64,000 nucleotides of DNA from Octopus sinensis (lineage: Eukaryota), in contig NC_042998.1 of the NCBI RefSeq assembly GCF_006345805.1, positions 204,724,001 to 204,788,000 of the forward strand. Reading direction: 5' to 3'. The position numbers and the translations under genes were made by a program. The notes beneath the pieces are model-generated. The model was given only the letters and a program-made list of their open reading frames with translations, searched no databases and was not told the DNA's origin. Below, in pieces: positions 48,316-60,912 of the stretch (within the stretch, counting starts at the first letter, position 1; every line of letters starts with the position of its first letter).

Positions 48316-48973
48316 CTAAAAAAAAAAAAACAAGCATAAGAATTTTAAAAATTGGGCACAAATTTACATTCAATATTTTAAAACTTGTTTTTCTTTCTAC
48401 TTATTTCCTGCCTTCAGCCATTCTATCTCTTCTATCTCGCCCCCCCCCTTTTACCCTCAATTTTAATTGACCCTTTTTTAGCAATTAGGACCATCAATGG
48501 TCTCCTTATTTATTATTTCATAAAACGCTGATCGTTTTAAAAAGTGAAGAAACACGGGATTTCATCCTTTATATTTGCCCCTCTTATCTGCAGCCTGTGT
48601 ACAAACTGCAATGCTGCAGGGGCCCCTGGATGCAGATGTCTTCCAAAGACAAAAAAGAAATGAAGCTAGTATTTTCTGCTGAATGTGCAACATCAGTGTG
48701 CACGAATAAAGTATAAATATGTTGAGAAAAAAGAGAGAGAGAGAGAGAGAGAGAGTGGGGGAGCTGTGTAATGGTGGCGATGCCGTGGGGGGTTTTGTTA
48801 GAACATCAAAATCGAAGAAAGAAAATCGAAATGTCAATGAATAAAAAAAAACTCGCTAACACAACGCGTAGCTTTATTTTAAATAATATCTATGTATACA
48901 TCCATATTTTCTGTATATTATATCTTTGTAAAATATGTAATACATTCAAAAGCAATATTTTAAATAACAATAC

Positions 48974-48985
48974 CTCATCTGCCAT
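48974..48985 (-). CDS. CCDC96: CCDC96/CFAP184 coding exon 1 (MADE)
   Basis: ATG GCA GAT GAG followed by donor gtattg; phase 0 joins exon 2 in frame; lies in the promoter interval shared with the TK1-like gene. Confidence 0.65.
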
Positions 48986-49298
48986 CTTGTTGCTAAGGAA
49001 GCGAATGTTCGTTGTCAACAAAATACATACTCCACAGTAAAAGTTTCGTATTTGAGCAACCCAGACTTTAAGAATGTTGTTGTAATATCAGTGTTATTTT
49101 TTAATGTTATAAATAAAAATTAAAAACACAGAAACGAATTTTTATAAGTGCGTGTTCTGAAGCGAGCGCTAATTTCAGCTTAAAAACAATCCGGGTCAAA
49201 GTTCAATTCGTTTGGCGGGTAATTAAAAATCAGTTTCAAAAAAGTCGGTGCTTCTTCCGCCTCTTCCTCATTAAACGTCCAGAACCGTTTTGCTCAAA
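48986..49298. promoter_or_regulatory. bidirectional promoter between CCDC96 and TK1-like
   Basis: 313 bp between divergent ATGs; X-box-like GTTGCTAAGGAAGC 48989-49002, forkhead-like GTCAACA 49014-49020, E2F-like TTTGGCGGG 49211-49219, CHR-like TTTGAA (minus) 49235-49240. Confidence 0.7.
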
Positions 49299-49343
49299 AT
49301 GCTCTCTTTGGAAGGAAATCAGAGCAAAAGAGGGGAAATTCAG
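49299..49343 (+). CDS. TK1: TK1-like exon 1 (MLSLEGNQSKRGEIQ)
   Basis: ATG in AAAATG context, RGEIQ matches TK1 RGQIQ, gtaaat donor, phase 0. Confidence 0.85.
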
Positions 49344-49778
49344 GTAAATTATTTATATTTTACTAAACTGTTTTATCCAAACTTAACCCAAAGTTTTTAA
49401 TGTCGAAAAAATAATTTGTAACGAACTTTTCAAACTTTGCCACGATGACATTAATTTCAATGCTTGGAAATAATCTGCTTAGGCGAATGAGACTTTTACG
49501 TAAGAAAAACCTATTATAAACATAAAAATGCTCGAATAAGTTCAATTAAAATTCTTTTTCTTCCTCTATATCTTATAATTAATAAATTATTTGTCAAAAC
49601 CGAAATTGTTCTGAAGCAAGTCTGAACACCGACTTCATGAAAATATATCTCGGAAGAGACAGAAATATATAGGAAAAACTAAATATCTAATTTTGATATA
49701 AAAACTATATTTCTACAGGTTAATGTTGTTGGTGTTAAGAAACCCCGTCAACCACCTACCTGTCTGTCTATCTCTCTT

Positions 49779-49832
<54 letters not shown>

Positions 49833-51894
49833 GCACCTCTCTTTGAAAAAGGGTTTTCGAATACCTAAGCTTTAGATATTAGACATTACGAATATGCAAA
49901 AAAAAAAAAAAAAAAAAAACCCGCCCCATTGATTTTGTTTACCTTAAAGAGATCGTAGCAAATCGACAAACATCTACAAATCGAAATTAAATATCGATAA
50001 AAACATTAGAGTGGAAAGGATTTGCGTTTTACTTGTGTTTGCCTTAAATAACCGTAAATATAAATTAGATATGTTTCAGCACACGAACTCGGGTCAAGTC
50101 ACTTGCTATGCAAATACATCTCCGTAAATGTAAACCATTCTATGAGAAACAAACGTTAATATGTTTAATAATTACTGTTATAAAGTTTAATAAGGGCCTC
50201 AAATTTCACCCCATCTCCAATTTTAAATTTTTAACTATTTATTTGTCTGTCTATCCCTATCCGTTTATTCATATCTATCTATATATGGCGAAGGTAAAGA
50301 ATACGCACACCACTCTGAGAGTGGATGTTTTTTATGCTCCAGCAGCACAGGAGCCAGTTGGGTAGGCCTGGCTTTGATCACGTTCGATGGTGCTTTTTAC
50401 ATGCCATTGGCACGGGGAGCTAGTCAGGAGGCACTGGCCACAGCTATGATATTGGTTTTACTTGACTCAACAGGTCTTCTCAAGCATATCATATCACACA
50501 AACGCATTAGGGGTCCTCGTAACTGGGCCGGACATGTGTGGCGGTAATCTCACTTTAGTTGCTGGGTCCTCTCAATCACAGCATATCCCCAAAGGTCTCG
50601 GTCTCCCGTCATTCATCGTCATCATTTAACGTCTGCTTTCCGTGCTAGCATGGGTTGGACGGTTTGGCTGAGGTCTGGTTAACCAGATGGCTGCATCAGG
50701 TTTCAGTCTGATCTGTATTGTTTTCTACAGCTGGATGCCCTTCCTAACGCCAACCACTCCGAGAGTGTAGTGGGTGCTTTTTACGTGCCAGCAGCACGAG
50801 GGCCAGTTGGGTGGTACTAGCAACGGCCATGCTCAAATGGTGCTTTTTATGTGCCACCTGCACAGGAGACAGTCCAGTGGCACCGGCAATGACCTCGCCA
50901 ATCAAAAATCAAAATTAGAATATCAATCAATTCAAAATGAAAATTGGAAATTCTAGTTGTGGCTGATGCCAGTGTCATCTGACTGGATCCCGTGCTGGTG
51001 GCACGCAATAAGCACCATTCATGCGTGGGTCGTTGCCAGTGCTGCCTGAATGGCTCCCTGTGCCAGTAGCACGTAAGAGGCATCATCTGAACATGGTCGA
51101 TGCCAGCCCTCCTGCCCTGTCTGGCTCCTATGTCAGTAATACATAGAAAGCACCATCTGAACATGGCCGATGCCAGTGCTGCCCGACAGGCTTCTGTGCT
51201 GGTGACACATAAAAAGCACCCACTACAGTCTCAGAGTGGTTAGTGTTAAGAAGAGCATCCAGCTGTAGAAACCTTGCCAGATCAGATTGGAGCCTGGTGC
51301 AGCCTCCAGGCTTCCCAGATCCCAGTCGAACCATCCAACCCATGCCAGCATGGAAAACAGATGTTAAACGATGATGATTATATATATTTTCACTCTGTAT
51401 TTCTCTATATTGCTTTTTTATATGTCACTAGCAGCTAAGCCCAGTTTCACCCGGTCTGTTTGGATGATGCGGCTGTGATCATTTGCGGTTAGGCATAATC
51501 TATAACAGCGTTTGTCAACCTTATCATTTCGGGTCCCCTGTTTCAATTGGAGCCTCCAACTATATGAAAATTTCCTAACCCCACCCCGTCAGAAAACAGC
51601 TTCTAAGCAACTGGTTGTTTTAGTGGCAGAAGAAAGAGGGAAATTCCATTAGAAACAGTCTTAATCAATTCTCTTGGTAAGTATGGGAGTTAGGAAAAAA
51701 ATACAAACTGTATTCCAATCTATGCACCCATCTCCACATGTGTGCCATTTTTCACGCGAATCCACCCAGCCGTTTGGCTGTGAACCTCAAGACAAGAAAG
51801 AATTCAACGATTGCCCACGTTCAATTTATATTATAGATTTTATATTTCTTACCAGTTCATCATTTTTGTATTAATTGAATCTGGTGTTTTTCAG

Positions 51895-51926
51895 GTGATA
51901 ATTGGTCCCAAGTTGAGCGGAAAAAC
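51895..51926 (+). CDS. TK1: TK1-like exon 2, P-loop (VIIGPKLSGKT)
   Basis: tttttcag acceptor, gtaagt donor, 32 nt; corresponds to TK1 VILGPMFSGKS. Confidence 0.9.
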
Positions 51927-53974
51927 GTAAGTTCAACAACAACATTGATTTCATTCTGAGCTTCATCACGTCCCTTGGTCACATCTTTTGCATCAGTTTG
52001 TTACATTGGACAGCTAATCCTCTCCTCCTCTTCTTTCTCTTTTTCTTCCTCAGCAGAAGATACAATACAACATACTAGTAGACAAATAGTTGTACTGTTG
52101 GTGGTCTATAAAGGTCGATTAAATAAGTACCAATTATGCACTGGGGTCGATGTAATCGACTTAATCCATTTGTTTGTCCCCTCTGTGTTTAGCCCCTTGT
52201 GGGTAGTAAAGAAATAGGTCTATAAATGTTTGTCTGTCAGAGGGAATATTGTGTGTGTGTGTGTAGCTGTTGCAACATTAATCTGTTTACCTGGGAAACG
52301 GCCCTCATCATGTGACTAGTAGGCGTGTGTGTCTGTTTGGTGGTTGGCGATTATTCATAATTCATGGAATATTTTGTGACTCTGAAAGGGAATGTTGGTT
52401 GTGATTACAACCAGGTCTATTTTTTTATTTTATCTAGTTTCAGCCCACGAGCTGTGGCCATGCTTTTTAACACTTTTCTTGAGAAACACATTGTTTCAAT
52501 TCATTTCAAAAATACTGAAGAATATAATGAAATATCTTGTTTATCAAACTCGGTGACTGGCATCCGTTGCTAGTGGAGCGCTAAGAGTACCATACGAGTG
52601 AGATCGTTCCCAGAGCAACAAGCTGGCCTCCATGCCGATGGCACGTTAAACACACCATTCGAGCGTGATCATTGCCACGTCACCTTACTAGCACTTGTGC
52701 TGGTGGCATGTGAAACATTTGAGCGATGTTGTTGCCAGTGCCACTGGACTGGCTCCTGTGCAGGTGGCACATAAAAAGCACCATTTGAGCGTGACCGTTG
52801 CCAGTACCACCTAACTGGCCCTCGTGCTGGTGGCACGTAAAAGCACCCACTACACTCTCGGAGTGGTTGGCGTTAGGAAGGGCATCCCGCTGTAGAAACT
52901 CTGCCATATCAGATTGGAGTCTGGTTCGCCAGACCTCAGTCAAATTGTCCAACCCATGCTAGCATGGAAAGCAGACGTTAAACGATGATGATGATGATTT
53001 TAGCAGTGGTTTGAAACATTTACCTCCTGACTCTCTCATCTCTATTACAGTGAAATTTGTTTTGCTAAGGAAGTCTAATTAGATTGAAGTATGCCTAAAG
53101 TTGTCTCCCATTATTTACTGAAACAATTAGAATTATTTTAGTTATTGAGCTAATGTTGTCTTTTCTTTATCCTCACTTAACATCCACAGACAGAATTTGT
53201 CAAGGCAGATTTTCAGCGTTTGGCTGCCCTTCCACAGAAGGCTGGAAATGAACAACCTCGCTTGTATGATGGTGATGTTCATTTACAGCCATCACGTGGG
53301 GTCGAGAGAAGAAGACCCCCAACTCACAGACATGCACATACCTTTTATCTTTTACTTGTTTCAGTCATTGGACTGTGGCCATGCTGGGGCACTGCCTTGA
53401 AGGGTTTAGTCAAACAAATCAGCCCCAGTATTTACTTTTATTTGTTTTCTTAACTTTGGTACTTATTCTATTAGTCTCTTTTGCCAAACTGCTAAGTTAC
53501 AAGGACACACACACACAATGAGCTTTTTCAGTTCCGTCTGCCAAATCCACAAACAAGGCTTTTCAGTCAGCTTAGGACACACGACACTTGTTCCACACAC
53601 CCTGCAGCAGGACTGAGCCATGGTTGGGAAATTAATTCTTTAACCACATCTCTACCTTACTGTATAATTATGGATTACCACTCCATAAAATACATCCACC
53701 ATAATTATTTCTCTCCATTTAGCATGCAAAGGTGTATGGCCCTTATTGGCTCCATCAACACAAGATTTGGCTTGTTCATTTCCCCCCGACTAGGTGACAC
53801 CTTGAGCATGGCCCTTCATTTCACTGTTCTCCAGTTCTGGTGGTTCTCTGTCCTTGTAGCTGTGACTTTATGGATGTTTCACAAAGTCAAGGATGAGCAG
53901 ATTGGAAACATGTTTGTGTCTTCTCATTACACCATTAAGACAACAAAAGTTCCAACTATTGCAAGGGATGTAGT

Positions 53975-54186
53975 TTAACCCTTTAGTGTTCACATTATTC
54001 TGCCAAAATTTTTATCCACATTGCCTTGAACTAATCAGGCATTAATCTTGTAGCTATGAGATTTTGATGAGGTACCTGTTAATTTTTAGAATGATATTGT
54101 AGAGTTGGTGTGAAAGACCAGATGTGGCCAGTTTGAACATAAAACAGGCAGAATACTTTTGGCTGGTTTAAATGCTAAAGGGATAA
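53975..54186. mobile_element. piggyBac-type MITE
   Basis: TTAA|CCCTTTAG...CTAAAGGG|ATAA. Confidence 0.65.
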
Positions 54187-55133
54187 ACAGCAAGGCACAG
54201 GTGTGGCTGTCTGGTAAGAAGCTTGCTTCCCAACCACGTGGTTTTGAGTTCAGTCCCAATGTGTGACACCTTGGGCAAGCGCCTTCTACTACATAACCTG
54301 ACCAAGACATTGTGAATGGATTCGGTAGACAGAAACTGAAAGAAGCTGGTTGTGTGTGTTTTTCTCCACGTTTTCACATTAGACAATTGTTGTAAATGAA
54401 TGTGATTCATCTCCAACATTCTGTGGAAAACATGTTTGGCCATGTGGGATGTATTTCCTTGCTTGGTAACTGGTGAGGGCTAGCAACAGGAAGGGCATCC
54501 AGCCATAGGAAATCTGCCTCAATAAACTCCATCTGACCCATGCAAGCATGGAAAAGTGGGCATTAAAACAGTGATGAAAATCACATTATATATGTGTGTG
54601 TGTGTGTATCACCATTTAACATCTGTTGTCTATGCTGGCATGGGTTGGATGGCTTGACAGGAGCTGGTAAGGTCAGAGAGCTGTATCGTGCTCCCATTGT
54701 CTGTTTTGGCATGGTTGCTATGCCTGGATGCCCTTCCTACTGACAACCACATTACAAAGTACACTGGGTGCTTTTTATGTCACACCAGCTTGGGAGCTTT
54801 TTGTGTGGTGCCAACACTCATGAGCTCACAAGACAAGGACCTCTCAGGAGAGAGAAGGAATGAAACAGAGATTAGAGTACAATAGTGGGACAGAGGTAAC
54901 CCTCTTACTAGAGAGGAAATATTTGGCTACTTCAGCAGGACAAGGAAGATGGGAGAGAGACAGAGGGAGGGCTTGGCTTCAGGGAACAGTGTGGGGTAGT
55001 AATAATATTAGAGAAAGGACAGAGGGGGTGGTGCCCCATAAGTGTGTGAAGGAAGATGTGTAGATATGCATATATTCCTCTATGTGTATATTAAAGCAGT
55101 ATTTATTCACTTTTTTTTTTTTTCTATTTTCAG

Positions 55134-55211
55134 AACTGAACTGAATCTTCGCATTCAAAGGTACAAGATTGCTCAATATCGCTGCTTTCTCATAGAACAG
55201 GACTCGGAAAG
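55134..55211 (+). CDS. TK1: TK1-like exon 3 (TELNLRIQRYKIAQYRCFLIEQDSER)
   Basis: ttttcag/gtaatt, 78 nt, phase 2 to 2; aligns to [21 protein letters not shown]. Confidence 0.9.
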
Positions 55212-55433
55212 GTAATTAACCAGCTTTAACATCATCCACCCGGTTTTTTTTTTTTATGTACCTTGTTTGCATGGGTTTGATGGGTTTTCTGCCACATGTG
55301 GTATGTTGTCATCATCGTCATCATTCCCTTAACCCCCCCCTCCTTTCTGTCCAGACTCAGCCTGTCGCTTTTGCCCCCCATTCTTATTTGTCTTTTATCG
55401 TGACACAGCGAAACTGTTCTTTTCCACTTTCAG

Positions 55434-55524
55434 ACTGATTGATCAGACGAAAAGAAAACCACTGGAGACTTACTTGGAACTTGCTGATCAATACGACGTG
55501 ATTGGTATTGACGATGGACATTGT
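55434..55524 (+). CDS. TK1: TK1-like exon 4 (LIDQTKRKPLETYLELADQYDVIGIDDGHC)
   Basis: ctttcag/gtaagt, 91 nt; VIGIDDGHC aligns to VIGIDEGQF. Confidence 0.9.
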
Positions 55525-56099
55525 GTAAGTAGGAATGATTGTTGGGTGAAACCACTTGCTTGCTGCTTAACCCTAGGTCAGACCCTGAATGAGTAATTAT
55601 TGAAAATATATGTTGGCAATATGTCAGGAAGAAAATCTTGTTTTGTGTTGTGCTGCTTTTATGAAGGAAGAAAAGAGCAATATGGATTTTGTGTGTCTTG
55701 TTATACAGGAATCACGTACTGTCATCACAATACATAGGCATACACACAGGCTATATAATGTGCATTTCTAAGTTTATCTCTGGACATTTTCTATAGAATT
55801 CAGAGCCAGCATCGCAAATTACTATGTTTCATATATGAATACGTCCATGTAAATAATGTGATTGAAGACAGAAAGCTAGGTGATGGGTGTATATGCATAT
55901 TTTAGGCGTAATTGCCCTTTCCTCAGTGGCACATTCAACGAATTAGGTATATGACCCAACAATAATAACTCTTTGCTAGTGGGCCATGGTGCTCCATATA
56001 TGACGAAAAGATTTCACCAGGTGGTGCTATTAAGTTAGATATGGCCTAGGCCAATATTGGCTGAAACCTATCAAAGTATGTGTGTCTGTGTGTGTATAT

Positions 56100-57120
56100 A
56101 TATATATATATATTGTCATCGCCGTTTAACGTCTGCTTTCTATGCTGGCATGGGTTGGACGGTTTGACTGGGGGCTGGCAAGCCAGACGGCTGCACCAGG
56201 CTCCAATCTGATCTGGCAAAATTTCTACAGCTGGATGCCGTTCCTAACACCAACCACTCTGAGAGTCTAGTGAGTGCTTTTTTATGTGCCACCAGCACAG
56301 GAGCCAGTCAGGCAGGCCTGGCATCGACCACTCTTGAATGCTGCTTTTAACGAGCCACTGGCATGGGAACCAGTCAGCTGGCACTGACAATGATCATGCT
56401 CAAATGGTGCTTTTAACGAGCCACTGGCATGGGTGCCAATCAGGCGGCACTGCCATCAGCCACGACATCGGCCTCGCCTCAATAGGTCCTCACAAGCGCA
56501 GTTCACTGTCTAATGATTGAAGGGCACTCTTGAATGGGCTGGTTATGCTGCACCGGCATAAGCCACAGTTACGGTCCAGCCTGGCCCACCAGATCCTCTC
56601 AAGCACAGTACACCTTCAAAGGCCTCGGTCACTCGTCATTCCCTCAGTTAGGCCCAACGCCTGAAGATCACACTCCACCATCGCATCCCCCGTCCTGCAG
56701 GGTCCACCTCTTCCACAGGCTCCCTCAACCGCTAGGGTGTGACACTCCTTCACACAGCCGTCCCCATCCATTAGCAACAAATGACCACACTAGCGTAGTT
56801 GTCTCTCCTGCACACCACATTTGATACTTCCCAAGTACAAGCCCTCTCTCAGGGTGCCCACACTCCGTCTTGCATGCACACTGACGTCACACATCCAGTG
56901 GAGCATATCGGCTTCACTCCTTGCAAGCCCACGCATGTCCTCAGCAATCACAGCCGATGTTTCACTGCCACGTAGCAGGGCTGTTCACACACATGCGTCA
57001 TACAGTCTACCTTTTACTCTGAGTGAGAGGTCTCTGAACTTTGCCCAGGCTATTCTTATTCTTGCAGCTACACTTTCGGAGCATCCACTCCTGCCACCGA
57101 CTTGTCACCCAGGCAACGGA
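56100..57120 (-). mobile_element. RTE LINE 3' fragment(s), antisense in TK1-like intron 4
   Basis: reverse complement of RT C-terminus (RIRIAWAKF..., LHGSET) and 3' UTR. Confidence 0.75.
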
Positions 57121-57663
57121 TGCTATCAACTACTTGCATATATATGTATAAGACCCATCAAGCCAAGCAAAATCTGTCACGGCAGATACTGGTGCCACGC
57201 AAATGGCATGTAAAGGCACCCATTACTCTGGCATTAAGAAGGGCATCCAGCCATAGAAAACCACACCAGATCAGACTGGATCCTGGTGCAGCATGCCAGC
57301 ATGGACCTTAAATGATGATGATAATGTGTTTGTCTGTATATCATCATCATCGTTTAACGTCCGCTTTCCATGTAGCATGGGTGGGACAATTTGACTGATG
57401 GCTGCACCAGACTCCATTCTTATCTGGCAGAGTTTCTACAGCTGGATGGTCTTCTAACGCCAACCATTCCGAGAGTGTAGTGAGTGCTTTTATGTGCCAG
57501 TCAGGCGGTACTGGCGACGACCTTGCTCGAATCTCTTTACACATGCCACCGGCACAGGTGTCAGTAAGGCAATGTTGGTAACGATCACGCTCGAATGGTG
57601 CCCTTTTATGTGCCACTGGCATGGAAGCCAGTTGGCTGCTCTGGCAATGATCATGCTTGGATG

Positions 57664-57706
<43 letters not shown>

Positions 57707-58146
57707 TATACACTGACATGTCCATACACATCACGCATGCACTCCTTTGGCAACTTTTAGCTCCCTTGGAAACAAATGAATGTTGGTGACAGGAAGGGCA
57801 TCCGGCTGCTAAAAATCTCCACAGACTTTGTCTGAATTATGCAGACATAGAGAGCTGGACATTAAAATGATAATGATGTGATTGAAGGAGGTTTTAGCTT
57901 GTGATGGCATGGGTGGATTGTCGCATGGGGAATAAAATGTATTGTAGCTTTTAATAACATCTTTTTGTTTTGAGTTCAAATCCTGACCATAATTTCCAGA
58001 TTGTCTGTCAATATTGGGTGTTTCTATTCTCATCTCTCCCCACCCCTCTCTCTCTCTATCCTTTCCTCCAACTTCCTCCTCTCTCTCTTCTCTTCTTCCT
58101 ACTCTCTCTCTCTCTCTCTCTCTCATTGCTCTTTTTTTAATTCCAG

Positions 58147-58236
58147 TATGACGCCGTTGCATCTTTTTCCAATGACTTGGCTGACAAAGGTAAAACTGTA
58201 ATCGTTGCCGGACGTGACTCTACCCACCTGAAGAAG
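58147..58236 (+). CDS. TK1: TK1-like exon 5 (YDAVASFSNDLADKGKTVIVAGRDSTHLKK)
   Basis: ttccag/gtaaca, 90 nt; GKTVIVA motif. Confidence 0.92.
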
Positions 58237-59455
58237 GTAACAGCTGCACTTAGATCTCTTCTTATTACTAAAATGGGGGAGCTAACAGTAGTTTGGTGGG
58301 GTTTTTTTTTTTACTTTCAATAACCTGAAGTCAGGGGGCACAGCTGCCATGACTGTTTTCAGGGTCTCTGAGACAGGTTGGAGGGGTAAGTTGTTGTTAA
58401 ACCACCAGAGATCAGGTTTGGATGTTTATTACTGCTGGTGCCATGTATAAAGCATCCAGTCCACCCTGTAAAGTGGTTGGTATCAGGAAGGGCATCCAGC
58501 CATAGAAATCTTGCCACAATAGATGACTGGGGCCTGGTGCAGCTCCTGTTGAACCGTCCAACCCATGCCAGCATTGAAAACATGTTAAATGATGATGGTT
58601 TCTTCAAGCTAGCAGAACTAACAATGGAATGGGTTTTTTTGTTTTTTTTTTGTAAATTTCTTCATTTGTATGTTATTGAAACAGTTGTCTCCCCTTGTGG
58701 ATGTCTTCTGTACATTTTAGGTATGGGTCCTTCGCACAGCCACACAGACTGTGTCTTATGTCTTGTACAGGATTACAAAACTATAATTCCTTTTGTAAAT
58801 ATTGAACTCACTCACACCTGCCAGGTTAGCCATTGTGTCTCTAGTAAGGTTTGAACACATGTCCATGTAGTGAGCCAGTTAGTGCTGTTATCTTGGGCCA
58901 GCATATTTCATTGAGATCCAGTTTAATTGGAAATCAAATAGAATTGGGGTTTGCAAAACTAAACCCTTTGTTTTATATCAAGGAGGTCTGCAAAGAGAAC
59001 ATGTGAATAAGAAAGGGATTATGCAGTGTGGTACATTTACTTGTGAGTACTTCCACCCTCGCTCAGAGAGTGGAACTACTCACAATAATAATAATAATAA
59101 TAATCATCGTTTAACGTCCGGTTTCCATGCTAGCATGGGTTGGACAGTTCGGCCAGGGTCTGGGAAGCCAGGAGGCTGCACCAGGCTCCCGTCTGATCTG
59201 ACTGTTTCTACAGCTAGATGCCCTTCCTGACGCCAACCACTCCGTGAGTGTAGCGGGTGCTTTTTACGTGCCACCGGCACAGGTGCCAGAGGAGGCTGGC
59301 AGCGGCCACGATCAGTTGGTGCTTTTTACGTGCCACCAGCACATGATAATAATAATAAACATCTTTTATCACTAATGTAAGATTATCAACCAACTTAAGC
59401 TGAACTGCTGATGCTTATCTCTTTTGTTAATCTGTTCTTGTCTTCACTTCAACAG

Positions 59456-59575
59456 GGTTACCCGGGTATCTTATCCTTAATCTCACATGCTGAAAGGGTA
59501 GACAAACTGTCTGCTGTCTGCGTTTATTGCTCACAGAATGCCTCTTTCACTCATTTTCGGGACTCAGAATCTCAG
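59456..59575 (+). CDS. TK1: TK1-like exon 6 (GYPGILSLISHAERVDKLSAVCVYCSQNASFTHFRDSESQ)
   Basis: caacag/gtaaaa, 120 nt; AExVxKLxAVCxxC motif with first Zn-ligand pair. Confidence 0.92.
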
Positions 59576-60912
59576 GTAAAATGTTTCTTTTTCTTCCACT
59601 CATTTCAGTCATCTGACTGTGGCCATGCTGGGGCACAACCTAGAGGAATTTTAGTTGAAGGAATCAACTTCAGTACTTGTACTTTTTAAAGTCTGGTACT
59701 CATTCTATCAGTCTTTTTTGCTGAACTGCTAAGTTACAGGAATGTAAACACACCAACACTGGTTGTCAAGCACTGGTGGGAGACAAACAAGGACACACGG
59801 ACACACACGATGGGCTTCTTTCAGTTTACAGTTCCCAAATCTACTCACAAGCCTTTTGTATGGCCTGAGGCTATAGTAGAAGACACTTGCCCAAAATACC
59901 ATGCAGTGGGCCTGAACTCAAAACTCTGTGGGTGGAAAGCTAGCTTCTTACCACACAGTCACAAATTTTTTATTTTCATAAAGTTAAAGAATTTTCCTAA
60001 ATTATTTTTGTTCAGGTTTCCTGATATTTTTTTTACCTCTAGTATGTGACCCACTGAAGAATTAGTTTGGCATCAAAGAATGCTTTTGTTATCAGTGCCT
60101 TTACCATATTTGTTTGTAGTAAATGATTTTTACATCCTTATTAAAAACTTCCGTTTTCATTGCCCCCTTATTCTGGTGTAGGTTGTAGGCACAGAGTTCT
60201 CAAACTTGCCCTTCCAGAAGTTCCTTAGCAAATGTTCCAGATAGATTCTCAACCAAAACCTAATCTGACCATCTCACTAATGGCTGACCTCTAAGTCTCC
60301 TCCAGTTCGCTTTTCTGCGATTCTGTCCTCAGTTTCTTTGTTTTGTTCTTTAACCATTTACCCAAAGAGTGATTGGTGTAACTTGAACTGAAGGTTTGTA
60401 GCTCAGAGACGAGGAAGGCATTCCCGGCCAAGCTGCTGCCTTTTTTACGCAAACAGGTCGCATTTTCTGTTCTACGACACGTGCAGGTTGAATACTTCTT
60501 TCTGTCTGTTTTCCCTGCTGGCATGGGTTGGATGGTTTGACAGGAGCTACACTAGGTTCCATCGTCTGTTTGGCATTTTTCCTACAACTGGATGCTTTTC
60601 CTCACCCCCAAACACTTCCGTGTGGATGGGATGCTTTTTACATGGCAACAGCATCAGTATGTTTGTGTTTTGTTTTTGTGACACCAACCCCAGCACTTTT
60701 TACGTGGCACCATGATGAATGTTTTAAAAGAAAGACACTTTGTGTCATGGATTCAAGGGGGTCTTTGGTTAACCTGAGAGAATTAAGACCAAATTTGGTA
60801 AGATGTAACAGGATTCACCAGCTTGATGTCCCTTAACTAAATGAGGCTAATTTGGAGGTGCCCCAATTAACTAATTAGTTATCGTAATTACTTTATTAAT
60901 TACTGGTTCCAG

